Shown piece after piece: positions 12,401 to 25,011 of a stretch of 63,568 nt of DNA (its first letter is position 1; each line of letters opens with the position of its first letter). A program made the translations under genes and the position numbers. The stretch lies in contig BLSG01000084.1 in assembly GCA_012862495.1 (NCBI GenBank), positions 134,696 through 198,263 of the forward strand, written 5' to 3'. Under the pieces are notes generated by a model, which had not been told where the DNA came from, ran no database searches, and saw only the letters and a list, made by a program, of their open reading frames with translations. Source of the stretch: Thraustochytrium aureum (Eukaryota).

Positions 12401-15400
12401 CCTTGGACCGGAGCTTGTGGGCGGCCAAAAGCGCGGAGGCCTCCAAGTCGCAGATCTTGTCGCCAACGTAAAACCGGTCACGATGGCGGAACATGAGACA
12501 AACGCCCGCGTCCATGTCAACGAAAAGCCCGAGCGACTGCTCCGTCGCCAGCGTGCATGCAATCATATTGCTGTACCCATCCCAGTCGTCAAAGTTGTGC
12601 TGCACGAGGCCCACCGCGTAGAGCAGCGAGGAGGAGGGCGACTTGGCCCCCGGCGTGCACACAAGCTGAAAGTAAAACCGCCCCGAGTGCAGCGCGTGAG
12701 TTAGACGAATCCCGGCAGCGGTGTGGCAACCTCCAGCCGGCGGTTCCAACGGCAGATGGAAACAAAGTCCGTCTTTGGAAAGCCGGAGCATGGCATTCTT
12801 GTGCTGACGCGACCACATGAGCCCCTTCCTTTGCGGAAGGCCTGCAGCCGGCGGCAAAAAGTTCAAGCTCTGCGGGTCGCGCGACACAGCCAACTCGACA
12901 AGATTCACGCCCGGAATTGACGCCGGGTGCATCGCACGACCGTCGAAACCCGCAGCTCCAAAGTCAGCCGATCCGGGGCCACCAAGGTCGAGGCCAGTTG
13001 CCCGCACACCGGCAGAAACGTCTGCGAGTGCGAGAATCCACTCGACAAGGCGATGGTTGTCCAGCCGGTTTGTTGATACGCAGGCATCCAGAACGGCAGT
13101 CGCGAGCCCTGCGTGCTCCCAGGCCGGCCGCACTGGTTGCCTTGCCGCGACATCGCCTTCGTTTGCCGCGCTCGGTCCGGCGAGGAGGCTGTCCACGATG
13201 TTGGCCACGAGCCGACGCGTCGCCTTGGTCGCCTTTGCTCGCCCAGCAAACGCGGTGAAAGTGAAAACGACGTGGCGGCGCACCTCCGCAACTCGCACGA
13301 TGTCGACCATTCGCGCGAGCACTCCAAAGCCGCGGATCTGCCGCTCGAGCTGGTCCTTCTGATTCAGAAGCTCCTGCTCGTATGCTTGCAATTGCGCGTG
13401 GTCGTACTGCTGGACGAATTGAAACAACGAATGCTCGCTGAGTGTGTTCATCTGGAGCAGGAAGGCGCAGCGCTGCACTACATGTTGACCAATTCGCTCG
13501 TAGTCGACGTTCTCGAGCGCCTGCTTGGTTTGGTTGATCCAGCGCAGCACCTTCATCGCCGATTGGTCTGCGTCGGTCTTGACATTCTCGCTGTCGAATA
13601 TGCGGATCGACACATAGACGGCGCGCAGCGCCTCCCACACCTGCTCGGCGCCCTTCTTGTTGCGGAACTTGAGCTTGTTCATCTTGGACACCTTCGCCAT
13701 GACCTCATTGGCTTCGTCTTGCACGGCGGCTTTGAACCGTTCGAGGCGCGCTTCGTGGTCCGCGGGGGCGCAAAAGCCGCTGTTGAAGAGGCTCAAGTTG
13801 ACCGTAGAGCGAGTCTCCTCCTCCGTGGAGCTGCCTTCGCCGTCCTCGACATCGCTATCGCCCGCGCCCTTCTGCCCACCACCAATCTCGCCGAGGCCAG
13901 CGCTCGGCATCAAGTTGATTGACGTTGTCGTGCGAGCGCTAAGTGGCGCTGGAGCCTGTGTCTCAGAGCCAATCGAGCCCGCTCGCCCGCTCGCCCCGAC
14001 AGGCGTGGACGGAATAGCGATCGAGAGACCGTGCCCATGAAGGTGGGAGATCCCAGCAGGGGCCTGTCCATCGACTGATCCGCCAAAACTGCTGCCAAGC
14101 CCGGCTGCGGCAAGGCTGAAGCCAACCAAGCTCGACGCAAGCGACGCCTCTCCAACGCCGTGCGCGGCGGGGCCTCTGGAGCCGCCGACGAGGCACTCTT
14201 TGGAAAGAAGCAAGAAGACGATCGTCCACTCCATGTCTTGCAACCAGCCCTGCTTGTTACAGCTTGCGTTTACGGCGTCAACCTGCCCAAGCAAGGCGAC
14301 GAGGTCCTCGAGGCACCCTGCGAGGTCATTGACGCGGGGGTGCAGGAGCATCACGGCACATGGCCACGCCAGCGACTTGACGATGGTGTCTTCGAGGGCA
14401 TCCGCGACGAGGTCGCCATCCCCGCCGTGCTCCGACCTGGCCTCGCAAATGAGCCGTTTTGAATGCTTGGCAAGCGCGCCTGCGTACCTGGTCAGCACGG
14501 CGGTCTCGATCTGCGGGGCCAAGAGCACTGCGCGCTGCATCGCAAAGAGCAGGTTTACGACCTCTGCCTTTGCGCCTTCGCGCGAGGCAAGCTCAACGAG
14601 CCGCTCGACCAGAATGAGCGCAGTGTCTTGCTGGTCCTGACCCAAGAGCTCGGACCAGAACTTTAGCGTCGCGAATCGCGAAAGATAGGTCATGTTGGTG
14701 ATGGTCGACATGAAGGTAGCCAGCTCACTCGCAGTGGGGGACAGGAACGCAAACCCGTTACCGATTGCCCGGATCGCCTCTTCCTTGACCGGGACGGACT
14801 CGGACTTTGTGAGCTGGAAGAGGAACTGCTTCAGGTCATGCATGGTCACCTGGCTGTCATCCTTGAGCGTCGATGGAACAAAGCAGTGCCTTTGGAGGAC
14901 GCGGAGGGCCGGAATCGCCAGCTCGGTCTCGCTTGCGACGCGCTCTAAGAGGGAAAGCAAAAGACGCGCGTTTCCAAACTTGCTGAGCGAGCCAGCTATC
15001 GGAAAGCGCTGCAGGCCCCAAAGCACAATCGCTGCGCCGCTGTACTGACCCTCGAACAAAGCCAGCTGGTCGGCCTCGCTCAGCGCTGCCGCCTTTGGGG
15101 AACCGCCAGCAATGGTCGCCTCGCCTCGATCGTCCTGGCCCGCCGATGAAGTCAGTTTTTATCCGCCTCAGAAGCGCTCGCCTCAAGGCTGCCAGGATCT
15201 CGTAGTTCGTCAACAATAACAACGACGCGATCTGGCGTCGCCTGGACGAAAACCGCGGCCTGGGCGTGAAAAACGCTTGACCGAGGCGCGACCTGGGGCG
15301 GCCGGCCTCGAGGAGGCAGGTGACGATGCGGAACTGCGTTTTTCGGCGCCGGCGCTTTCTTCGCTTCCGCGAGCCAAATCCGGCCATCGACGGCGTCGAC

Positions 15401-17267
15401 CCGAACGCGGTGGCAAGCCCGCCCCCAAGCGATTCTTCCAGCGCAACGCAGTACCCCGGCGCGCTCGAGAGCCCAGATACTTGCGCTGTGGACTCGCAGC
15501 AAAAGAGGAGCATTGGTGCGGGGGTGACGTCGCCCTTGATGCGGCCAAAACCGTACACTTCCTTGTCACCGACAACGTACGCCGAGTGCGCGCCTGCAGC
15601 AGAAATAAAGCGGATCGGCTTGCTGGTCGATACCGGCACGCAAGACGGGGTCGCTTTGGTGGAGCGGTGGCCCAGGCCAAGCTGTCCCGACTCGTTCCGT
15701 CCGCAAGTGAGCAGGCGGAGCCCTCCTTCAACGAGCAGGAGACTGTGCGAGGCTCCTGCGGCGACGCGCACGATGGGCTCGCTCAGGGCAAACTGCGTTA
15801 CCTGGCTCAATGTGCTTGACACGGCCACGCCGCACTGCCCATAAGTGTTGTCGCCAAGCGCGAACGCCGTCCTGTCCTCGCATAAGGCGAGGACATGGCC
15901 CGACCCGCACGCGATCTGAACGACGCGACGCGCCAGGAGTGGCTGCAGAGCGCGGCTGGAGCGAAATGCGGACCTCGCCTGATCTACAAAGACGAGGCCA
16001 TCTTCCCCCGCGAGATCGTCGACGAGCGCGTTTGCGAGGCAAGCTTCGACGATGTCGTCGGCCACGACAATGCTCTCTTCTTCCTCTTCCTCTTCCTCCT
16101 CCTCCCCCTCCTCCTCGCTTGCGTCCCCGCCTTCTCCCCCGAGGGAGCGCGCTTCAGCGCGCCCCGATTGCTCACGAGCAGCGCTTGCGCCAACTCTGCT
16201 TGTTGATGTCTCGTCACTGCGGATGTCGGGGCGCCGCTTTATGTGCAAGGCGACCCGTGCCACTCCAGCGCGTGAGTCACCGTCTCGAAGCTGCTCTTGC
16301 TTAGCCGCCTCTTGGGAGCACTTGTCCAGGAAGACGAGGAGTGTGTCTCTGACGTGGTCCTTGGCAAGCCCCGGGTCCTCGTACAGGCGCAGCGCAAGCT
16401 GCAGCAAATAGTAGACGGAGGCGCGGCCAGTCGCGAGAATACAAAGGGCCTCTAGTGCCTCTGTGTTGCCGTGTTCGTCAAAGCTCAGTAGCAAAAAGTC
16501 CATCGTGTCGTCCAGGCTGGTCGTGCCGAGGGAGCCGATCTCAAGTCGCGCGAACTGTGCACCATCATCTCGCGGAGCCGCGAGACTACTGGCCCAGCTA
16601 CCTCACTGCCCATCGACTGGAGAGCAGCAAGTGCCGACGTGCACAGGTTGCTCAGGATCGTCAACGACATGTCTTGCCCCTGACTCAGTAGCGTGTCCAG
16701 CTGGTTTGCCTCGCCAGCTAGGGCCGTCGCGGCACCAAGCCCTGTCAGACCGGCGCCGCTTGGTCCTGAGGCCGAAAGTCCGTACCCGAAACTCGCTTCT
16801 CCGCCGTCGTAGGCGACAGCCGTTGTTGTGCCGTGAGAAAAGAAAGTGTCCCGCACAGTCGGATTGTTCTTGCGCTCGAAAAGCACAATCCGGATATGTT
16901 CAAGAACGACGAGGCGCCGAGCGAGAATGATGGCGCCGACCACGAGCGGGGCAGTATTTTGCGTTCTACCGGAGAGCTGGGCGAGCGCCTTCGCGACCTG
17001 GGCTTCGCTTTCCTCTGTCTCGCCAGGTAGGTCTTTCGCACTCTGCCCAGCCTCGAGCGCGTCGTCGTCCGCGTCCTTGTCTTCTGCGTCCTCCAAAGCC
17101 GGCGCGTCCTTTTGCACATTGATGAGCGCGCAGGCCGCGCTCGGCAGGATGCAGTCAACCGAAGCCGCGAGCGCCTTGGCATCGAGAAGCGCGTCTTCCG
17201 GTCTCTCTAGGCCCCTCACATACACAACCAGGCGTTCATTCCTCTGCCCAGACGCCACGGCCCCCAT
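436..17267 (-). CDS. giant HERC2-like HECT E3 ubiquitin ligase (~5,600 aa), reconstructed across 6 frameshifts and 2 gaps
   Basis: Overlapping minus-strand ORFs 16485-17366, 14857-16503, 11049-15059, 8963-11125, 4791-9326, 3538-5118, 2190-3587 and 436-2193 join into one protein. C-terminal HECT: GERADDYGGPYRD, FVGKLMGIAMRT, LRFVWGRSRLP, LPVGHTCFFSIDLP (catalytic Cys near 622-624). RCC1 repeats (GYNQYGQLG, ACGVEHS) and SPRY domains. Probable start MGAVAS at 17267. Confidence 0.85.
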
Positions 17268-18678
17268 TCCTCCCTCCTCCGCGCCCCTGGCCGCAGCCCG
17301 CCCGTCGCCGGCGTGCGTTCGTCGCCGGCGGCACCTCCAAAATATCCTTTTGGGGTCAAAACCCAACAGCCCGCGCGAGAGCCCTCAAACACACAAAAAC
17401 CACCGACGCGCCCGCCGCCAAAAACCCAGCGCCGCGCGCGCATGCAGCGAATGCCGCAGCTCTACCGGCCGCTCGCCGTNNNNNNNNNNNNNNNNNNNNN
17501 NNNNNNNNNNNNNNNNNNNNNNNNNNNNNNNNNNNNNNNNNNNNNNNNNNNNNNNNNNNNNNNNNNNNNNNNNNNNNNNNNNNNNNNNNNNNNNNNNNNN
17601 NNNNNNNNNNNNNNNNNNNNNNNNNNNNNNNNNNNNNNNNNNNNNNNNNNNNNNNNNNNNNNNNNNNNNNNNNNNNNNNNNNNNNNNNNNNNNNNNNNNN
17701 NNNNNNNNNNNNNNNNNNNNNNNNNNNNNNNNNNNNNNNNNNNNNNNNNNNNNNNNNNNNNNNTGGCCTGTCCACGCCCGGATGGAGGCTCCTCGCTGCT
17801 CGCGAGTCGCAACAGCCCCGCGTCGGACATGATGGGCTTGGTTTTTCACCCGGTAGGTCAACGGACAGGTCTCCGGAGGAGCGGTTGGCCGGCCTGCTCA
17901 CCACTCATCGACGTGGACCTGGTGGTGGGTGGACCTGGTGGACTTGGCGGACTTGGTCAATAAGCGCTCAAGATGGCACTCGGCGGCAGCGGTGCTGAGG
18001 TAAGAAGAGAAGGAAAGCACTCTTTATTGTCTGGTCGGCCCGGCCCATCTTGCCCAAGTTGCGGCTCAACGGTACACGACGGGAGTAACTTCAAGGGGTG
18101 CTCCTCCGCGATGGGAGACGGAAGACTGGCGTTGCGAAGAAGAAAAACAAACGGCGAAGCGAAGCGAGCAGTGGCCTCTACAGAGAGCAAGGCGTGTCGA
18201 GCAGCCTTGGCGTGACCTTGAAGACGACGACGACAACGACAAGTCCAAGAGTGGTGGCCGTTCCGTCCTGGGCCAGCTGCCGGGCAGCCTCTCCTCCTTC
18301 CCTCTCCGCTGCATGTGCAGCAGCGTTTGCTCGTTAGTTTTCATGAAGTGCACAAGACAGACGCATCATGGGGAATGAGGAAATGCCATGAGGCTTTCCA
18401 AGCTAGCATCCCTCATCACACCCGAATGCAAACGTGCAAATCCCCGATTCGCGTTGATTTAAAAGACAGCGAGCAGGCCGCCTGGCTTTTGCGTCGCGCA
18501 CCACGTACGTCCCCACGGCGTGCAAGCGCAGCGCAGCGAGTCACAAGTACGCGGGCGTCGGCACAGGCCGCTCTTTCGAGCTGGACTGCCAGAAGCGCAC
18601 CAGCCCGGTGGTCGCATAAAGCGCTGTCTTTACAGGTTGCGCCGGGACAAACCAGAGCTCTAGCTAGTGGTGACGAGG

Positions 18679-21600
18679 ATGGCGGACCGCATCTCGTCCA
18701 GCGACCGAAGGTTCGGGTCGCGTGGGCGCAGGTCCTCGGCTGCCTTCCACATGCCAGGTTCACCCACGAGCTTCGACCCGCTCGGCTCTCCCTCCATTTC
18801 ACGGGCGCCGAGTGGCATAGCCTCGCCCTTAAGCAGGCACTTTGGCGATGACAAAGACTCGGTGGTGGACTTTGAGGCAGAGGCGATCTCATGGCGGTTC
18901 GAGCAGCTCGACAATCTCCACATGGAGTTGCGCCAACTCGCCGTCCGCTTGCAGAAAAATGGCGGCGTGGAAATCTCCGACCGAAGGCGCGGCGGCCACC
19001 TGTACAAGTCCTGCTTCACCTCAAAGGAGCTCGTGAACTGGATCGCAAAGACGTTCAAGCTGCGCGGAGGCAAAGCTCACGCCATCGCGAAGGAGCTCTG
19101 GGTCAACGGACTCATCTCGAACGCGATGCACTCCAGCGCGGACTTCGAAGAGAGCGAGACAGCGCTATTCAAGGTGGCTCATCCTTACGCAATAAACCTC
19201 CTGCTGCTCCCGTCGCAGATGGAGATCCTTTACACGCAGCTGTGCGGCGTGAAGGGCCCAAAGGTGCGCGACCGAATGAGCGGGAATCGCCTCGTCAAGC
19301 ACTGCTTTCTCGCCGTCGAGCTCGTCGACTGGCTCTTCTCTGTGCACCAGCTAGCTCCACGGGAGCGCGCGGTCCAGGTGGCTCAGCAAATGATGAACAA
19401 CGAGTACTTTTACGACGTGACCGGCCGCGAGGAGTTTCGCGACGAGGCCAACGTCTTCCTGCAGCACAAGGAGGACTACTGCGGCGACATCAAGCTGACC
19501 AAGGGGCGAATGGACACGCTGATCCGCCGCATCGCTATCCGCTATGAAGAGTACGTGCAGGAGTGGAAGAGCCGCCGCCCGGTCACGGTCTCATTGTGCA
19601 TCCAAATCGTCAAGGAGCTCGTCGCCACATGTGGCGAGCACAAGGCGGCATACCTCTTGGTGCAGCTCACAAAGCACAAGCGCATCGTCGTTCGCAACAA
19701 CAACATGGCGGCGCTCGGCATTGAGGAGAAAAAGAAGTCGCGCTTCGCTTTGCCTGGTAAATCAAGTGGCAGCGCTGCAGCGGCTGGCGACGTCCTCGGC
19801 GACATGCAAGCCATGGTTGTCTTTGTCAGGGGCGGACGAGCGGTAGACCTCCGCAAAAACTCGGCGCTGGTGCGCGAAGCCTCGTGCGACGAACTGGACG
19901 CCGCAGCTGTGGACCCCAAGAACAAGACAATGCTTAAATTTGGGCCATCTCTGGAGGCGAAAGATATCCAGCGGCGATCTGTCGCCCTTATGATGCATTT
20001 GAGTTCCGGCAACACGGAGGTCTCCGCAGGCATTCTTACGCGGGCGAGGCAGCGACTTGCGATCGCCCGGAGGTACTTTCACCTATTCTTCGCCGTTGCA
20101 TTGTGGGTGCAAGTGCTCTGGGGCTCATCGTCCACCCTCGAGCTTTTCTCTGGGATTCAGCGCGGGGTCGAGGGATCCGGCTCCTTTGCAGACATCACGC
20201 AGGTTCACGAGATGATTGCTTGGGTCCGCGACGAGCAGCTTGCGAAGCGCTTTCCATGGCGCGGCCACCAGTTCCCACTCGTGGAAAAGCCTAGACTGCT
20301 GGTGGGTTTGTCAGACGAAGTGGATTGCGACGAGATGCATGGCAAGGTCAATCTCATCGCCAACTCTAATCGCGGCTTTGTGGACCAAGAGGCCGCGAAC
20401 CTGACGTACAATGCAGAGCCTTCTGCAGAAGCCACGTGCTTGGTTGATGGCGGGGTCGACTCGAGCGGCATGCACGCCAGCGGCTACAACCAAGTGATCC
20501 ACCTCAAGTGGTCCGAGAAAGTCAGGGACAACTCATTGGCTGCGTTAAACACACCTGCCTTTGACGAGCTGCTCGCCATCCCGACTGAGAAGATTGAGCG
20601 CGCTGCCCTTGAAGTCGTCATGATCGGCCACAAGTCCCAGCCTGTGGTCCTAATTAACGTGCGGGCGGTCATTCAGTTTTCTCCGACCGAAAACTTTGTG
20701 CTCGTGCGCATGCTGAGCGTACCCGACTCCGTTGAGATCACAATCCTGCCCTGGCTGACCGGCCTCGGTCTTGCGTTTGCAGTTATAGACTATGCACTGA
20801 TGGCAGTCTTTACTGGCAGAGCTTACGTGATCGACATGGCCGGACTCGTCAACCTCGCGCGGATCTGCTTTGCTTCGATCGGCCTGTCACTTTCGGGACA
20901 GTTTTCTAGCCACATCATGGACTACTTTGACGGCGCCAATGGCATCGCCATGGACACGATGTGGTACGGCCGAAACGATGCGTTTGACGCCATCTATCAC
21001 AAGTCGGTCATATCTCGCGTGTGCCTCATCGTGGCCATGTTCTTGACGACTCTCAGCCTTGCTGCGTTTGTGGGTGGAGACCAGTACAACATCTTCAGCA
21101 CGCTTCGCAGGACACTGGACGCAGTGAGCCGGGACATTCGCGTTCTCGCTGTGACGTTGGTGGCCAACTTTTGCGGCTTTGTCCTCACTGCTTACGCACT
21201 CATGCACTCTGTGTCGCACCAGTTCTCGACGCTCAGCACGACGGCGATGACTATGTACGGGTCTCTCTTCGGTGGGGCGCCCTGGACCGCGTTCCGCAAC
21301 TCGCACGGAATAGCGCAGCTCACATCAGTGTTGGGCTTTTTTGCCTCGTAAGTTTCTGCCGCTTGCCCAGCTTTATGAGGCGCGGGCTTGCTCTGTGCTG
21401 GCTGAATTGGCTCTGCTGCTCTTGATCGACCTAGTCGCTGACGCGCCCAACCTGCCACGCCCGATGCATCTAGGTCATGTATTTGAGCCTCTTCATCTTC
21501 ATCCTCCTCAACATGTTTGTTGCCATCCTGATCCAGAGTTATCAGCTGCAGAAACGCAGCGAGTCGGTCCTAAAGTCAGAGTTCACCCGCCACATGCATG

Positions 21601-21980
21601 CTTCCGGCGGAGCTTCCGAGATCTCAGCGCTGGAGGAACTGCTCAACTCGGAAGAAGCAAGGAGCAAAGACTTTTCGCTTACGGAGCACATTCTCATGGC
21701 CGGCTCACAAGCCCTCAACGAGTCCTCGTTCCGCCGGGAGAAGGAAAAGGTTCCGGACCCGCTCCAGGTGTCAAACTCAGCTGCTGTCCTGCGCTTGCAA
21801 AACACGATGTCGGACTTGCGCGTGACACCGTCAGAGAGCATTTTAGCAATTGACACTGTGCAAGAGTCAGCGCCGCAATTGGCCTCGTCTGGCAAGGCAT
21901 CCACAAAGGTGGTTCCTGACGAGTCAGTGCCGGAAGCCGAGAATGGCGGGCCTGCAATCGTCGAGGAGAAAAAAGCATAA
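18679..21980 (+). CDS. tandem DEP domain plus polycystin-2/TRPP-like cation channel
   Basis: DEP motifs EISDRRRGGHLYKSCFTSKELVNWI and KVRDRMSGNRLVKHCFLAVELVDWL. One TM, a ~200-aa loop, further TMs, pore-like FSTLSTTAMTMYGSLFG and S6-like FILLNMFVAILIQSY. Intron 21348-21473 (GTAAGT..CTGAC..TAG); the join needs a 1-nt correction in the T6 run just upstream. Confidence 0.75.
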
Positions 21981-22232
21981 CAGCGCAGTGGTGTGCTCTT
22001 ACACAATCTGCCGTTTTCGACTGTAAATGACGAGGAGGAGAAAGCGCAGCTGGAATGGCAGGCTTTGCGCCTCCCGTTCAAACCACGCCAAACACAGGCG
22101 GGACGCGAGAGGATCTCTTTCACGCAAGCCGGACAGGTCTTGCTTGAGCAAGCTTGTTCCCTGTGACGAAGGCAAGTATGTTTTCTGTTTGTGACTGGTC
22201 CCACGCGCTCCTGCGCACTTTTCTTAAAGAAA

Positions 22233-23840
22233 TCATTCGACGCCGACCTTCTTCAAGTGCCCTCTTGCGCAACGCGCCACCCAAGCGCCCTGGCGAAGTG
22301 CTACAAAGTCGATCTCCGAAGCAGAACCGCCGCACTGCTCGCAGCCGTTCCAGACCATGTCTTCGAATGCAACCGCGCCAGGGACAGCCGGAAGCGGAGG
22401 CAAACTTCGGCGGCGCAACAGCAAGTCCCGGCACTGCGACGCCTCCTTGAGGCTTTCCGGCAGCCTTGCCAAACTTAAGTCTGGGTGCGGAAAGCGAACG
22501 AGTAGAACCACACGTTCCTCGTCGCTCTCGTTCACAACCTCGTGCTCGAACGAGTCATCAAAGACAAGCACTCGAGAAGTGGACCATCGATGCCACTCAG
22601 GCCCCACCCGGATCGCGCATCGAGACCCTTGCGTCTGCGTCGCCGAAGCAGGAACCTTGAGGCCCAGATGGGCCGTAAGACGCTGGTTGGATGGGGCACA
22701 GTGCGCCTCGATATGCGCCCCCGGGCTGAGCCTGCTAAAAATCACCTCTCCGCCGCCCGCAGTCTTCGCATCAGCGTTAGACGGCTGGGAAGAGCCCATG
22801 TTGCGAAACGGTGTGCGGTAGTATGCTCGAGGCTAGACGTGCAAACTTACACAAAACGCGACGACCTCCGGCGCGTGCCTTTCCAACAAGCGCTGGGTGA
22901 AAGGAGCCACCCCGGGCAGACTCCCCCTGCCAAACAGCGAGACTTCGGTCCACTCGCCAGCGGACAGCACCGAGGCATCCCCGGCATGGCGGCCCCCAAC
23001 GGGACTCCAGGACGACGACGGCCCAAGGCATGGCCCTAAAAGGCGATCTAGGTCTTGCAGAATCTGTCCCGTGTGGGCCTCAAGGGCCTGAATCCAGCTC
23101 GCTGCCGGCCCGAGGTCCTCCGGTCGCCAAACTGGCCTGCTGCGAAGCCCTGGCTCAACAAAGCCGGGCCGTTGCCAGCCGTTCTTCCACGGAGAACCTA
23201 CTTGGTCTGCAAGCTGGCGGGCGCCTTCGAGGTCGTTGGCTTGACACAGCATGATCTCGCGCTCCACAAACGCCTCGCGCGCGGCAGCTTCTGGGGACAG
23301 CGCTGCCGCCATGGCCAAGTACCGATGCGCAAGTCCAGCGGTGGCGGCTCGCTCCCCCGGCTGGCCCAAGGAGCTCGCGTCCGAGAGGCACAGCCCGACG
23401 AAAAGCGCGCATCTCGCGAGCCAGCTCGTGCCGGGCCCAAGGCTGGCGCCTTCGCGGGCCGCCTCGCGGTCCACGTGCTTCTGGAAGAGAGGGACAAGGG
23501 CTCTGACAGCGTCGCCGTCCTGCCGCTCATATACAGCCTCCAGCCACCGCGCGTACAGGCTGCCCCATTCGGAGGTCACGAGCGCCTTGACAAGCGTGCT
23601 ACGGAGAGACGCGATCTCGGAAGGCAGCGCGGCCGGCGAGTCTGCGCAGGCCCGCACGCCGTCCGCCAGGGCCTGGAGCACGTCGGGGAGCGGCTCGCCG
23701 AGAGCTTGGAGCGCCGCCGCCTTGCGATGGTGCGCTTTGGCCCAGCCTGGGTCGCTCTCGAGCGCGGCGAGCGCGTCCTCGAGCGACTCGCGGGGCCGGC
23801 CAAGCGCCAGCAGCGCGTTGGACCTGTTGGTGAGGAGGAC
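22233..23840 (-). CDS. TPR plus aspartyl/asparaginyl beta-hydroxylase-family 2OG-Fe(II) oxygenase (5' end in gap)
   Basis: TPR: LLTNRSNALLALGRPRESLEDA..DPGWAKAHHRKAAAL. AspH motifs: FSRLSPGAHIEAHCAPSNQRLTAHLGL, FDDSFEHEV, RVVLLVRFPHPDL. In-frame 87-nt intron 22764-22850 (GTAAGT..CTAAC..AAG). Confidence 0.85.
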
Positions 23841-24087
23841 NNNNNNNNNNNNNNNNNNNNNNNNNNNNNNNNNNNNNNNNNNNNNNNNNNNNNNNNNNNN
23901 NNNNNNNNNNNNNNNNNNNNNNNNNNNNNNNNNNNNNNNNNNNNNNNNNNNNNNNNNNNNNNNNNNNNNNNNNNNNNNNNNNNNNNNNNNNNNNNNNNNN
24001 NNNNNNNNNNNNNNNNNNNNNNNNNNNNNNNNNNNNNNNNNNNNNNNNNNNNNNNNNNNNNCGCGTGTAGTTGCCCGCGCGCTGAGG

Positions 24088-25011
24088 ATGGCGGCGCAAG
24101 GAGGGCGGGCAGCCGTCGTCGGGGCGGCTTGGCTGCGCGCCGGGCTCAGGCAGGGCGGCGTGCAGACCATCGACGCGTCGTGGCACATGCCTGCGACCAA
24201 GCGATCCGGCAGAGCGGAGTGGGGGCAGGAGCGCGTCCCTGGCGCCGTGTTTTTCGACCTCGATGAGTGCTGCGAGCAGGACACCAGTCTGCCCCACATG
24301 ATGCCGCCGCCTGCACAGCTTGCCGCGTACCTGGAGAGCATGGGCGTAGTGAAAGCGAGGCCCACTGTCATCTACGACGCTTCCGACTTTGGCGCCTTCT
24401 CCTCGCCGCGGCTGTGGTGGATGCTTCGGGCAGTTGGCATGCCCGAGGTCAGCGTCTTGGACGGCGGGCTAAAGCACTGGAAAGCACAGGAGCACGACGT
24501 CGAGACCGGCGCCCCAGCCACGCCAGCGGCATCGCGTGAGCGCTTTGAGGCTCGTTCTGTGGCCCCGGGCGCGTTCGTCACGGCCGACGAGGTCCTCGCT
24601 GAAGTTGAGAAGCGGGCTGCCGGGGACATGACGGCTGCGGTCATCGTGGATGCGCGGAGCAAGGGCCGCTTCGACGGAACCGAGCCCGAACCGCGGCCCG
24701 GGCTTCGCTGCGGGCACATCCCTGGAAGCCTCAACGTGCCTTTCGGGGCCCTGCTAAATGAGCAGGGCCTCTTCAGGGACAAGGACCAGCTTCGGGCCGT
24801 GTTTGACTCCGCGGGGGTCAGTATGGATATTCTTGCGGATGCTGGCCGTCGTCTGATCTTTTCGTGCGGGTCCGGGGTGACTGCTTGCGTGCCTCTGCTG
24901 GCGTTGGTGAGCTTTTTCGGGGTTGACCCTGCCAGGTGCAGCGTCTACGATGGCGCGTTTGCCGAGTGGGCTACAGTTGGTGGACCGTACCCGGTGGAAA
25001 CGAGCTCTTGA
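24088..25011 (+). CDS. MPST: 3-mercaptopyruvate sulfurtransferase (tandem rhodanese)
   Basis: DASWHMP, VPGAVFFDLD, LPHMMP, RLWWMLR, DARSKGRFDGTEPEPRPG, GHIPGSLNVPF, active-site loop CGSGVTA, YDGAFAEW. The start may lie further upstream in the gap. Confidence 0.92.
   Translation: MAAQGGRAAVVGAAWLRAGLRQGGVQTIDASWHMPATKRSGRAEWGQERVPGAVFFDLDECCEQDTSLPHMMPPPAQLAAYLESMGVVKARPTVIYDASDFGAFSSPRLWWMLRAVGMPEVSVLDGGLKHWKAQEHDVETGAPATPAASRERFEARSVAPGAFVTADEVLAEVEKRAAGDMTAAVIVDARSKGRFDGTEPEPRPGLRCGHIPGSLNVPFGALLNEQGLFRDKDQLRAVFDSAGVSMDILADAGRRLIFSCGSGVTACVPLLALVSFFGVDPARCSVYDGAFAEWATVGGPYPVETSS

Noticed and set aside
436..17267. Eight separate genes or a pseudogene
   Set aside because: The breaks fall mid-domain (RCC1, SPRY) mostly at homopolymers, and the catalytic Cys is intact. 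The same type of break hits essential genes elsewhere in the window.
17764..18660. Short ORFs and GGAC(C/T)TGG repeats between the E3 and channel genes
   Set aside because: No convincing coding signal; probably divergent promoter or UTR sequence.
23251..25011. 586-aa extended rhodanese ORF
   Set aside because: The upstream part is the antisense of the TPR-hydroxylase gene, joined through an N-gap.
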